A stretch of 64,000 nt of DNA from IMG/VR virus record IMGVR_UViG_3300035670_000044, positions 63,397-127,396 of that record. One strand, written 5' to 3'. Of the stretch, positions 39,794-49,331 are shown piece by piece. The stretch is from a virus. A model generated the notes under the pieces. That model was not told the DNA's origin and made no database searches. It worked only from the letters and a program-made list of their open reading frames with translations. The first letter of the stretch is position 1. Each line of letters begins with the position of its first letter. Both the position numbers and the translations under genes were made by a program.

Positions 39794-41740
39794 ATGACTG
39801 CCTTCAACATCGACACTCTCCCCACTCACCCCGACTGGTTAACCGAAGAGGCCCAGCAGACTCTGAGTAAGGGCTATCTCATTCCAGGGGAAACTTCCCG
39901 GGATATGTGGAAACGCTGCGCGGTTACGGCGGAAAAATACCTTAACTACCCGGGGATCAGCACCGATTTCATGGAGATGTTTTGGAAAGGATATATGGGA
40001 GGAGCGTCTCCGGTTCTGAGTAACTTCGGAACCAATAGGGGGTTACCTTCTAGTTGCTATAGCCACTCCATTTCCGATGACACCAATAGCATCTTCAGCC
40101 ATCTCAAGGAGGTTGCGGCTCTGAGTAAGAACGGTGGTGGAGTTGGTAGTTATTTTGGTGAGCTAAGGCCTAGCGGTTCTCCGATCCGGGGGGGCGGCAA
40201 GTCAGGCTCTATCGTTGACTGGATGCGTCTGTATGACCGCACCGCAGCGACTGTGTCCCAGGGGAATACACGTCGCGGTTCATTCGCCCTCTACCTCCCC
40301 ATCGACCACCCCGATCTGATGGAGGCCCTGCGTAGCAAAGACCATAGCCAGGGAGATCCCCGGCAGTTCATCGACTCCAACCTGGCCGTAACTGTAACCG
40401 ACGAATGGATCGAATCGATGTTGGCCGGTGATCAGCACAAAAAGGAGATATTTGCTGAAGTCCTTAAGTACCGAATGATCTCTGGATCTCCCTACATCAT
40501 TTACATCGACAATGCCAATAACCAGCGTCCGGATTGTTTCAAGGAAAGAAACCTTAAGGTCCTGTTTTCAAACCTGTGCTCGGAAATTTTCCTGCCATCC
40601 GATGAAAATCACACGTTTGTTTGTGTCCTCAGCTCGTTAAATTTGGCCAAATACGATGAGTGGAAAACCTGGAGAGGAAGTGTTACCGGTAAAACTCTCC
40701 CCGAGCTTGGTATCTATTTCCTCGACGCAGTAGTCTCTGAATTTATTCACAAAGCCGAACGCATTCCTTCAATGGGTCGTGCGATTAGGTTCGCTAAGAA
40801 GTCTCGTTCCCTCGGACTAGGTACCATGGGTCTTCACGCCCTGTACCAATCCCACAACCTCCCATTCGCATCCAAAGGTGCCCGAGAACTGAACATCGAA
40901 ACCCACCGCTGGATCGATGAAATGACCCTTAAGGCATCACAGGACATGGCTAAAGTTTATGGGGAGCCGGAGTGGTGTGAGGGTAATGGCGTTCGCCATG
41001 CTACCCGAATTGCAATTGCCCCCACAAAAACCAACTCGGTTATCTGTGGGGCGGTTTCAGAAGGTATCGAGCCCCTGACAGCCAATCTGTTCTCTGCCTT
41101 AAACGCCAAGGGCACATTTGTTCGCCGCAACCCATATTTAGAGGCTCATCTCGATTCAATCGGACGCAATAACCAGGACGTGTGGGATTCTATCCTGGAT
41201 GAGCTCGGCTCTGTCCAGCATCTCGACTTCCTGGACACCAGGGCCAAAGAGGTCTTCAAAACTGCCCGGGAGATTGATCAGTTCGAACTAGTGGCTCAAG
41301 CAGCGGAGCGCCAACCTTACGTGTGTCAGGGGCAGTCCCTCAACCTCTACGTTGACCCAGAAGCATCAGCTAAACAGCTCTGGAGACTCCACCTCAGTGC
41401 GTGGAAAGCAGGTCTGAAGTCCCTCTATTACCTGAAATCCCGCTCTTTGCAAGTCACTAAGTCCAAGAAACCACAACAGAGCTCTTCTCAGGTTGCCATG
41501 GTAGTCAGTAAGTCTGATTGCCCGTGGTGTGTCAAGGCAAAGGAACTCCTATCTTCAAGTGGCTATGTAGTTCAGGAAGTCGACCGATCCACCATCGCCG
41601 ATTCTGACTGGCCATACACCACCGTCCCCCAGATTTGGTTAAACGGAACCCATGTTGATGGGGGTTACGAAGGTCTTGCTAAACTCCTAGGTGATCCAGA
41701 AGCGGATCGATACAGCGAGTGTTTAGCCTGTCAAGGCTAA
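39794..41740 (+). CDS. nrdA: Ribonucleotide reductase class I alpha subunit with fused glutaredoxin
   Basis: ASPVLSN, SSC, GGGVG, QGNTRRGS, SNLCSEI, IAPT, QGQSLN, KSLYY; then CPWC..TVPQIW.NG.HV.GGY and terminal CLAC. Confidence 0.95.
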   Translation: MTAFNIDTLPTHPDWLTEEAQQTLSKGYLIPGETSRDMWKRCAVTAEKYLNYPGISTDFMEMFWKGYMGGASPVLSNFGTNRGLPSSCYSHSISDDTNSIFSHLKEVAALSKNGGGVGSYFGELRPSGSPIRGGGKSGSIVDWMRLYDRTAATVSQGNTRRGSFALYLPIDHPDLMEALRSKDHSQGDPRQFIDSNLAVTVTDEWIESMLAGDQHKKEIFAEVLKYRMISGSPYIIYIDNANNQRPDCFKERNLKVLFSNLCSEIFLPSDENHTFVCVLSSLNLAKYDEWKTWRGSVTGKTLPELGIYFLDAVVSEFIHKAERIPSMGRAIRFAKKSRSLGLGTMGLHALYQSHNLPFASKGARELNIETHRWIDEMTLKASQDMAKVYGEPEWCEGNGVRHATRIAIAPTKTNSVICGAVSEGIEPLTANLFSALNAKGTFVRRNPYLEAHLDSIGRNNQDVWDSILDELGSVQHLDFLDTRAKEVFKTAREIDQFELVAQAAERQPYVCQGQSLNLYVDPEASAKQLWRLHLSAWKAGLKSLYYLKSRSLQVTKSKKPQQSSSQVAMVVSKSDCPWCVKAKELLSSSGYVVQEVDRSTIADSDWPYTTVPQIWLNGTHVDGGYEGLAKLLGDPEADRYSECLACQG

Positions 41741-41773
41741 TCCCCAACCTGTGCTACACTAAAAATACAACTA

Positions 41774-42418
41774 ATGCACCCCGTGATCTCCCCCCTATTC
41801 TTTGTCAACCCCGGCGATGAAGCTTTTGTCCCCACCGTCTCTCACCCAGGTGAAGATGCTGGTGCCGACATTCGAGCCCATGCTCAAAACAGCTACGATC
41901 ATGCTTCAGCGGTCTTATTTTACCGTGAGTTTGAGGAATGGGCTATCAAGCATGGAACTCGTCTGTATATTGACGGGGAGGTATTTACATCCGAGTCGGA
42001 AACAGATTTTGTCGAAGTAGTAGAGCAATGCGGAGGGGCAGTTTTTCTCGGCCCTGACGAAACCGAGCTAGTTCACAGCGGGTTCAAGGTTATTCTCCCC
42101 AAACTTGACGGTCTCGGGTCTCCCTGGAACAACTTCATTTCAGTGTACAAAATTGTGCCGAGGTCTGGATTGGCCCATAATCACAAAATCCTGGTAACTA
42201 ACTCCCCTGGCATCATAGACTCCGGATATCAAGACTGGGTTAAAGTGTCTCTGACCAATCGTGGTGACAACTTTCACGTTTTTACCCATGGTTCCCGTAT
42301 AGCCCAAGGTTTATGCGAGCTGGTCATAGACCAATCCAGGTCTGAGTTTACCACAGTCCCCGGGGTTTTTGGGGTGACAGCCAGAGCTACTGGAGGATTT
42401 GGCTCTACATCAGTTTGA
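41774..42418 (+). CDS. dut: Trimeric dUTPase with insertion
   Basis: DAGADI, PRSGLA, GIIDSGY, RIAQ, RATGGFGST; TGCTACACT promoter at 41752-41760. Confidence 0.93.
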   Translation: MHPVISPLFFVNPGDEAFVPTVSHPGEDAGADIRAHAQNSYDHASAVLFYREFEEWAIKHGTRLYIDGEVFTSESETDFVEVVEQCGGAVFLGPDETELVHSGFKVILPKLDGLGSPWNNFISVYKIVPRSGLAHNHKILVTNSPGIIDSGYQDWVKVSLTNRGDNFHVFTHGSRIAQGLCELVIDQSRSEFTTVPGVFGVTARATGGFGSTSV

Positions 42419-42600
42419 TGAGGGATACTCAAGCCCTACACCCCAACTACCGGTCTCGTCTTTGTCGCTATTGCGGCGGCCGAGGCTTTACTTTAGTTGA
42501 GCAGGTCGATCCCAAAAATCCTGACAAAGAGGTATGGAACAATGTTGTCATCGAGTGCAAATTTTGTGGCGGGGAGGGAATTTCCAAGCCCAGAGATTGA
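42415..42600 (+). CDS. Small zinc-finger protein
   Basis: CRYCGGRG and CKFCGGEG (DnaJ-type CxxCxGxG pair). Confidence 0.6.
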   Translation: MMRDTQALHPNYRSRLCRYCGGRGFTLVEQVDPKNPDKEVWNNVVIECKFCGGEGISKPRD

Positions 42601-43063
42601 GGTTTTAGTCCTGAATTTCGACTATACCCCCGTAAACATTGTGTCAGGTAAAAGGGCGATCGTACTTCTTCTAAAGGAGCGTGCACACTATGTTTCGGTG
42701 AAAGTAATCCGTCTTGGAGGATACGTCTCACTACCCCTGAGCCGTACTGCCAAGGAAAAACCTACCAAGTCGGCAATCTATCGCCGAGACGGACACACAT
42801 GTCAGTACTGCGGATCTACTCGCAACCTAACCATCGATCACCTGATACCTCGTTGCCGAGGGGGACAAGACATTTGGGAAAATCTCCTCCTTGCCTGCTC
42901 CAAATGCAATACGGTAAAGGGGCATCGTACACCAGAACAATCTGGATTGAAATTGAGACGTAAGCCTAGGCCACCTCTGCCCAAAGTTATCGAACTGGTT
43001 CAACGTTCTAGTGACCCAGAGTGGTCACAATATGGCTACGGAATGACAGTCTCTGTTCACTAG
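42542..43063 (+). CDS. HNH endonuclease (McrA-like)
   Basis: [39 protein letters not shown]. Start uncertain. Confidence 0.88.
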   Translation: MLSSSANFVAGREFPSPEIEVLVLNFDYTPVNIVSGKRAIVLLLKERAHYVSVKVIRLGGYVSLPLSRTAKEKPTKSAIYRRDGHTCQYCGSTRNLTIDHLIPRCRGGQDIWENLLLACSKCNTVKGHRTPEQSGLKLRRKPRPPLPKVIELVQRSSDPEWSQYGYGMTVSVH

Positions 43064-43066
43064 ACT

Positions 43067-43083
43067 GTTGAAAGCCACATAGA
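43067..43083 (+). promoter_or_regulatory. Putative late promoter
   Basis: GTTGAAAGCCACATAGA. Confidence 0.75.
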
Positions 43084-43097
43084 GACCTTTAAACCCC

Positions 43098-43613
43098 ATG
43101 ATCAAGTTCACCTTCAACCTGCTGGACCGATACGGTTTGGTAGAACTCGGGTACATTCGCCTATCCAATTTAATCAACAAAAACCTCCTGAAGCGCAACA
43201 CCCTGAACACCGAGTTAATTGCCGATGCCTTTCAAGCTGTGGACGGATTTTGGCTTAAGCACGGTCGCACCCAGTGGTATAGCGAGTCTGATATCCGCAT
43301 CATTGTTGGGAGTGTCGTGGAATCGTTGCGGGACAACAGCCTGGATTCGGACGAAATCCGCACCCTGGTCAACTATATCACCGCAAAGTGGAAACCGGAG
43401 ATCGCTGAGTCCAAGTCTACTGCCGATACCGATGTCCTAATCCCCTCCCCGGTAGAGAACAATGCACTGAGGGCGGTAGAGGTCTGGAAGCAGGTTCCGG
43501 CCGGGCTCATGAGCACTTCCGACTTCATCTCATTGGGATCTAAAGCCATCTCGGAAAACCTCCCCGACGCGTCAATTGTGAACGGCGTCATCTCGGCCCT
43601 GGGCCTCAAGTAA
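43098..43613 (+). CDS. Hypothetical late protein
   Basis: 171 aa ORF 31 nt after the late motif. Confidence 0.6.
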   Translation: MIKFTFNLLDRYGLVELGYIRLSNLINKNLLKRNTLNTELIADAFQAVDGFWLKHGRTQWYSESDIRIIVGSVVESLRDNSLDSDEIRTLVNYITAKWKPEIAESKSTADTDVLIPSPVENNALRAVEVWKQVPAGLMSTSDFISLGSKAISENLPDASIVNGVISALGLK

Positions 43614-43625
43614 ACCGCAATCACC

Positions 43626-44066
43626 ATGAACGACAACAGTTTTGAAAAACCAAAGGATTGGGGTATTGCCCCGTCTACCAGTTGGGTCTCCGGTACCCCT
43701 ATCGGTGAGGTCCGGATGCCGGACTTGGGGGATCCTGGAGCCCATGAAAACTCCTCCGAACGGGTATCGTTTGGGGATGACGAAAAGCCTGCCGGTACCC
43801 CCTCCCTGTGGCAGGGCAAAATGGTCAAGCAGTGCCCGGCCGGAACTTCATCGAAAGGGGGCGTGTGCATGCCGGACCCGAAGTCCGAAGCAACCCCGGA
43901 GACAAAATCCAAAGTGGTGAGCCGGCAGTTTGACCGAGAGGCGGTCAAGGGTGAGGGTAAGGGGCCTTCGGCTGACTCGTTTAAACGGGAAATCCCCAGG
44001 GCACCCGAAATCGATCCCCAGATTCGCCGGATCACCAAAGAAGGCTACAAAGGGAGAAACAAATGA
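43626..44066 (+). CDS. Hypothetical low-complexity protein
   Basis: 146 aa, K/P/G/S/E-rich, with CPAGT..GGVC. Confidence 0.55.
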   Translation: MNDNSFEKPKDWGIAPSTSWVSGTPIGEVRMPDLGDPGAHENSSERVSFGDDEKPAGTPSLWQGKMVKQCPAGTSSKGGVCMPDPKSEATPETKSKVVSRQFDREAVKGEGKGPSADSFKREIPRAPEIDPQIRRITKEGYKGRNK

Positions 44067-44293
44067 TCGAAAAGATTCAAAAACCAATCCGGTTCGATAA
44101 GGACGTAGAAGTGTTGGTTGTGGCCAGGGACGGGGAGAAATTTTTCGTATCTGATTCCGACCCGAGTCTTGACTTGTCGCTCGAGGATATGAAAATCCGC
44201 CCGCTGCTCGAGTGGGCGATGATTACAAACTACCCGATCCGGAAATTCGTGAGGGCGCAGCGCGTGCTCAGCGCCCGGTATTTTGGTGTATAA
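44063..44293 (+). CDS. Hypothetical protein
   Basis: 76 aa, ATGA overlap with upstream gene. Confidence 0.55.
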   Translation: MIEKIQKPIRFDKDVEVLVVARDGEKFFVSDSDPSLDLSLEDMKIRPLLEWAMITNYPIRKFVRAQRVLSARYFGV

Positions 44294-44343
44294 GCCCCAA
44301 CATTCTATGATTTTGTGGTAGGATATGGTCTACCGATGGAGAG

Positions 44344-45141
44344 ATGACTACTTATTACACCTATCGCTCGTTTGAAGAGTTTGATTCCGGGAGATCTTAT
44401 ATCGGTGTGAGAAAATGCCCGGAAGGTAAAACCCCAGAAACTGATTCGTATCTAGGGTCGTACACTGATAAGACATTTAGTCCTACTGCTAAGGAGATTC
44501 TAGGAGTCTACTACTCCAAAGAAGAGGCTTTGCAGGCAGAGATAGATCTTCACAAAGAATTTGATGTGGCGAGAAATCCCCACTTTTCTAATCGGGCTTG
44601 TGCCACTAGCACTGGATTTAGTTATGGGATGACCGGTAGAAAGCATACTGAAGGGACTAAAAGAAAGATGAGTGAAGCTAATTCAGGTGAAAATCATTAC
44701 ATGTATGGTAAAACAAAAGAGGATCACCGATTGTTCGGGAAAAGTCTTTCTGAGGAGACCAAGGCGAAAATATCTGAAGCGATGTCTGGGGAAAATCACC
44801 CCATGTATGGTAAAAAAAGTCATATGCACGGTAAGAACCATTCAGAGGAGACCAAGGCAAAAATTTCCGAGGCTAATCTAGGGAGGAAGCTTTCTGAAGA
44901 AACCAGGGAGAAAATTTCCGAGTCGAAGTTGGGAGAAAATAACCCTATGTACGGTAAAACGGGAGAGAATAACCCCAACTACACACCTAGAAACTGGTAT
45001 CATCCAGTCCATGGAGAAGTTTTGCAGAAATCCTGTTCTGATTTGGTAAGAATGTTCCCTGAGCAAAATCTCCACGATAGTTCCCTGAGCTGGGTTGCCC
45101 TCAAGAAACGACCTCACCACAAAGGCTGGAAATCGTGCTAG
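44344..45141 (+). mobile_element. Free-standing GIY-YIG (Seg-like) homing endonuclease with NUMOD3 repeats
   Basis: YYTY..SYIG.R..YLGSY..A..AE; repeated HSEETKAKISEA; TGGTAGGAT promoter at 44316-44324. Confidence 0.85.
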
Positions 45142-45165
45142 CATCAGGGCATATAACGAACAGTA

Positions 45166-46383
45166 ATGTCCCACCCTCCAACAGATTTGAAAGACCTATG
45201 GCTTGAGTCCGAGCTCGACAACCACCGTCACCTCCCCCTGATCGTCATCGACTTCCGGGTCTACGCCCACCAGATCCACGGATTTACCGAATCAGCCCTG
45301 GGAATTGTCGGAGAAGACGAAGCCAAGCTCAGGACGGTGGTCCGGGCCCTGTGGGCATACCGCCTCAACCGTGGTATAGACTCTCTACCCGTCCGAGACT
45401 TTACCGCCGTGGTGGTCGATGACCACAAAGCCCCCTTTGAAGAGGAGGGGATTACAGGATACTGGCGCCATCTAGAAGCTCACAAACTTGGGCTACCAGA
45501 GTACAAAGGAGGTCGTCCCAGTAAGCCCTCCTTGTTTCCAATTATCCTGGAAGAAGGACTCAAATACGTTCAGTCTCCAGGGTCCAGGTATCACTTCTTC
45601 GACAAAAAATACTACGAGGCTGACGATATAGCCGGAAAAATTGCCCGGATCCAGCGCACTGATCCGGCATTAGATCGTTACGTTTTGCTATCCACTGTGG
45701 ACGGTGACTGGCAAGGCCTTGTATCAGATCAACATAAAATAGTTTGGTGCGGCACAGGGCCATGGTTACCAAGAATACGCTGCGAAGCCGAAGTTTGCGA
45801 CTACTACCTCCGAAAAGAAAAACTCCACATCAAGACAGCGAGGGAAACCTACACTGTTAAGGTAGAGGTCGGCGATGCCGGAGACAACCTCCTCCCTGGT
45901 ACCCCACTCCGTTTTTTCGACCTGTACGAAGAGGACCCGGTATGGGGCTGGACGGACGGGGAGGAAGCCACCCTTCGAGCTATTATCTCCGACACAAAGC
46001 CGTCCAACCGTCGCGACCATCTGACCAACGCAGCCAGATTCCTCAAATCAATCGGGATGTTCATGCCGGAGATCCCACCCCCGACACCTTACGAGGTCAC
46101 CTCGTTCTCAGAGAGGGCTGAGCAGGAGAGGCGCAAAGCGAGGCACCCCGGCCTGAGGGGGCTCAACAAAAAGTACTGCATGGAGATCTCCGACCCCTAC
46201 CGGTTCGAGAAATGTGCTAAGGTTGTTACCGATGACAATGCCGCTTTAGAACGGATCAAAGAGTTGGAGGAGCTACGAAAAACTGACCCGGAGAAGCACA
46301 ACCCCGGACTTCTTAAGGCTCTTAAAGAGTCTCGCAAAGACTACAAAGCCTCTCTGATCAGATTCTCGGAAACTAATGGCTGA
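45166..46383 (+). CDS. 5'-3' exonuclease / RNase H (FEN-like)
   Basis: VIDF, VVDD, YKGGR, YEADDIAG, DGDWQGLV, GDAGDNL. Confidence 0.85.
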   Translation: MSHPPTDLKDLWLESELDNHRHLPLIVIDFRVYAHQIHGFTESALGIVGEDEAKLRTVVRALWAYRLNRGIDSLPVRDFTAVVVDDHKAPFEEEGITGYWRHLEAHKLGLPEYKGGRPSKPSLFPIILEEGLKYVQSPGSRYHFFDKKYYEADDIAGKIARIQRTDPALDRYVLLSTVDGDWQGLVSDQHKIVWCGTGPWLPRIRCEAEVCDYYLRKEKLHIKTARETYTVKVEVGDAGDNLLPGTPLRFFDLYEEDPVWGWTDGEEATLRAIISDTKPSNRRDHLTNAARFLKSIGMFMPEIPPPTPYEVTSFSERAEQERRKARHPGLRGLNKKYCMEISDPYRFEKCAKVVTDDNAALERIKELEELRKTDPEKHNPGLLKALKESRKDYKASLIRFSETNG

Positions 46384-48211
46384 GAACAATTCGGACAAGG
46401 AGTTAAAAAGTGGCGGTCCTGCTAGTAAATACGCGAAGATCATGTTCTGCATGGAGAATGCAGGGTACTATCTCCGGGTCAACTTGGACTCAAAACTTAC
46501 ATCGTTTCACGACCTGTACGAGAGGTTTACCCCCTCCGGACCTAACGCTCACCTGGCCCCAAAGGGTATCACATACCCCGACTGGTTCGAGTTTTTGGTG
46601 CCTGCTTCAGAAACCACTCTTGAGACCATCCAAAACGACATCTTGAGTGACGAGTTCTTGCATGATGCCGGTCCGGATGTGCGCGATTTTGCTTTGCCCC
46701 TGTTCATGTACCGATCTGGGAGAGCTAGTGAGGTAACCGACTATGTGTTGGGTGTTGAGAACTTGAAGGCTATCCGTCACAAGAAGCTTGGTGAGGGAAC
46801 ATACCGTCTCGGGATAGTGTACGCTCCCGAGTCTATCAAGAACGAGCTGAAAGGTAGAGTGGTCAACGATATTTTCTCTTACGTACCCGAGCTGTCTTGG
46901 TTCGATGAGAGAATCCAGAAGCTGAAGTTCGAAGACATTATCACCATATTTCCACCGGCTGAAGCCGAAATGTTTAAACTGATTATCGGCAGGGCGTGTG
47001 TAGGCCGTTCAGGTTCTATTCACCCCGGTCACAACGAACCCATCAAACACGGGTTTCGCAAGGCCGGAATCATTGTTGGAGAGCCGGGTGTTGGTAAAAC
47101 CACCATTCTGAATGGGTTGATGAAAGCCATGCAGTATTGTGGATACAATGTGGTGAGTATGGGTGACCTGTCCCACAAGTTCGGTCAAGGTTCGGTTATC
47201 AGTTCGCACCTCGCTTATAACGACGACCTGACACTAGATTCGTTGGAACGTATGCTGAAATCCGCAAGCTTTAAATCTGTGGTCACCGGAGGAACAGAAA
47301 AAGTTGAGAACAAGGGGACCGACGCCATCGAGGTGGTTTCCAATACAGTGATTGTAGCCAACTGTAACGAAATCCGGCCCGAGATATCCTATAGCCTTGA
47401 TTCCGGTGCCATTAGCCGACTCGCCCTCATATCCACGTACCGAGCCTACGAGCAGGAGGATATGTCCGAGGCTGCAAAAAGAGACATTCACCCTGTACCC
47501 AACATTAAGCACCTGTGCAAAACGTTGAGAGTTGATGAGGTCGTGTTATTCATGAGAGTGATGCGTCACTGCACTGACTTCTTTCTGGAGAAAGTGAACT
47601 CCGGTGTCGATGTCCATTACCATAGTGAACAGTTGTTGCCATACCTCCGGATCCAGATACACAAGAATGCCCTCGAGTGTTTTGTGAGGTTCTGTATGTT
47701 GTCCTTCGCCATCCGAAATCAGAAGGGCCAGGGGGACTATTTGCCAGAGCTGACACTAGGGTCCCTAGCAACCATCCTCGAGTCCACTCGGTATATGATG
47801 ATTGACATGAACGCCAACAATCTCCGTCGTAACATGAAAGCTCACTGGGAGAAAGAAAAACGAGAACAGTCTCATCCGTACTGGGCTCAACGAAAGATGC
47901 TTATCACGAGTGTCGACAAGGCATACGAGATATTCAACAACTACAAGTCCGATAAGGATCTCGGACTTGCTATCGAGTCTGTGTTTACGGCCCTAACTTT
48001 GCGTGACGGATTCTCGATGTCTAAAAAGCCTAGCCATATAGTCCGGGTATGGGAGCAGATTAGGGGGGAGAAGAGGAAGATCTACAGGATGGCTAACGAT
48101 CTCATGGCCAGTATAACCGATCCGGAGGAATTGAAAAAGATCATCGATACATCGAGCCGGTGCACATCAGATTGGCTGTACGACCCCACCTACGACCCTA
48201 CGAAAATGTGA
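46376..48211 (+). CDS. SF3 (D5-like) helicase
   Basis: GEPGVGKTT, YNDD, FKSVVTGG..VENKG, ANCN, SGAISRL. Confidence 0.8.
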   Translation: MAENNSDKELKSGGPASKYAKIMFCMENAGYYLRVNLDSKLTSFHDLYERFTPSGPNAHLAPKGITYPDWFEFLVPASETTLETIQNDILSDEFLHDAGPDVRDFALPLFMYRSGRASEVTDYVLGVENLKAIRHKKLGEGTYRLGIVYAPESIKNELKGRVVNDIFSYVPELSWFDERIQKLKFEDIITIFPPAEAEMFKLIIGRACVGRSGSIHPGHNEPIKHGFRKAGIIVGEPGVGKTTILNGLMKAMQYCGYNVVSMGDLSHKFGQGSVISSHLAYNDDLTLDSLERMLKSASFKSVVTGGTEKVENKGTDAIEVVSNTVIVANCNEIRPEISYSLDSGAISRLALISTYRAYEQEDMSEAAKRDIHPVPNIKHLCKTLRVDEVVLFMRVMRHCTDFFLEKVNSGVDVHYHSEQLLPYLRIQIHKNALECFVRFCMLSFAIRNQKGQGDYLPELTLGSLATILESTRYMMIDMNANNLRRNMKAHWEKEKREQSHPYWAQRKMLITSVDKAYEIFNNYKSDKDLGLAIESVFTALTLRDGFSMSKKPSHIVRVWEQIRGEKRKIYRMANDLMASITDPEELKKIIDTSSRCTSDWLYDPTYDPTKM

Positions 48212-48305
48212 GGGGTGACCTCTTGCTCCGTTTGTTAGCATGGATCTGGGCAGGATACGCCCTAGCCATGGTGAGTATTTTTACTTACTTCTCCCTGAAC
48301 CTCCT

Positions 48306-49286
48306 GTGACCGCTACTATCTCAATCGACTCTGAGAGCTGGGACCACAAGCCCAGCGCAACACTCCAATACAGAAAGGAGAAGGACAAGTACGGAAACCC
48401 GAAGACGGAAGTACGGGTGTTGGGTGCCCGGCTGGGGACCGACATTGAGACCGTGACCCCGAAACAGCTATCCCGGTGTATTGTTCGTGGCCAAACTTGG
48501 TCTCCGTTTGTGTTCAATATTTGTCCGGACTGGAAGAGACGCCGGAGACAAGAGGGGCTATTTGCCAGTTGTCAAGTACTAGGGGTGGATTATGATGCGG
48601 GCGACAGCATCGACGGGATTGTTACCACAGCCGAGCAGCTCGGGATCCGGTTCAACATCCTACACCACTCCTTCTCCAGCACACCGGAGCACCCTAAACT
48701 CCGTGGCATCATCTTTCTAGAGGAAGAAGTCACCGATCTGGAGACGGCTAAACTGCTCGCGACAGGTCTGGCATATTCCCTTGGAGGAGACCGGGCTTGC
48801 GTGGACACGGCCAGATTGTATTTTGGCTCCAGGCCCGACTCCATCGTCCACCTCGACAACGATGTCGTCACTAGCCTGGACACACTGCGGGGACTTGCCG
48901 AAGCGTCCGACGCAGCACGTTACGTCACCACCCGCACCGCTAACGTCAAAGATCACGACCCGGAATGGGGGACCTTGCAGGATCAAAGGGTGCTGTGGTC
49001 GAAACTGACTCCGGGCAAGCGAGAGTTCGTTAAAAGGAAGATACTCGGGATTTTACGGGAGATCGAATCCTTCAATGGGTCTGATGGGACAAGCCGATAC
49101 GAGTGTGTTTGGAAACGCACCAGCCGGATCGCCAGGATGCCCGAGACTGTGGGCAACGTCACCTACGACTGGGTCCTAGAACGCATCAGCAACAACCCTC
49201 ACTTCTCGGATTGGGATAAAGACGCTAGCGATATCGTTCGGAACGCTATAGCCTGGAGTCACGATCACGCCGAACCCCCTGTGTAG
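48306..49286 (+). CDS. Primase-polymerase-like protein
   Basis: GVDYD, HSFSS....K.R, D.AC.D.ARLYFG; next to the helicase; TGTTAGCAT at 48233-48241 favours the GTG 48306 start. Confidence 0.7.
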   Translation: MTATISIDSESWDHKPSATLQYRKEKDKYGNPKTEVRVLGARLGTDIETVTPKQLSRCIVRGQTWSPFVFNICPDWKRRRRQEGLFASCQVLGVDYDAGDSIDGIVTTAEQLGIRFNILHHSFSSTPEHPKLRGIIFLEEEVTDLETAKLLATGLAYSLGGDRACVDTARLYFGSRPDSIVHLDNDVVTSLDTLRGLAEASDAARYVTTRTANVKDHDPEWGTLQDQRVLWSKLTPGKREFVKRKILGILREIESFNGSDGTSRYECVWKRTSRIARMPETVGNVTYDWVLERISNNPHFSDWDKDASDIVRNAIAWSHDHAEPPV

Positions 49287-49299
49287 CAGCATATTTCCC

Positions 49300-49316
49300 G
49301 TTGAAAGCCATATAGA
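49300..49316 (+). promoter_or_regulatory. Putative late promoter
   Basis: GTTGAAAGCCATATAGA. Confidence 0.78.
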
Positions 49317-49331
49317 AGACTATATGGTTCT

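Noticed and set aside
37856-41740. Intron or intein in nrdA/nrdB/terL given nearby endonucleases
   Set aside because: Each is a continuous ORF of ordinary length without splice motifs; the endonucleases are intergenic.
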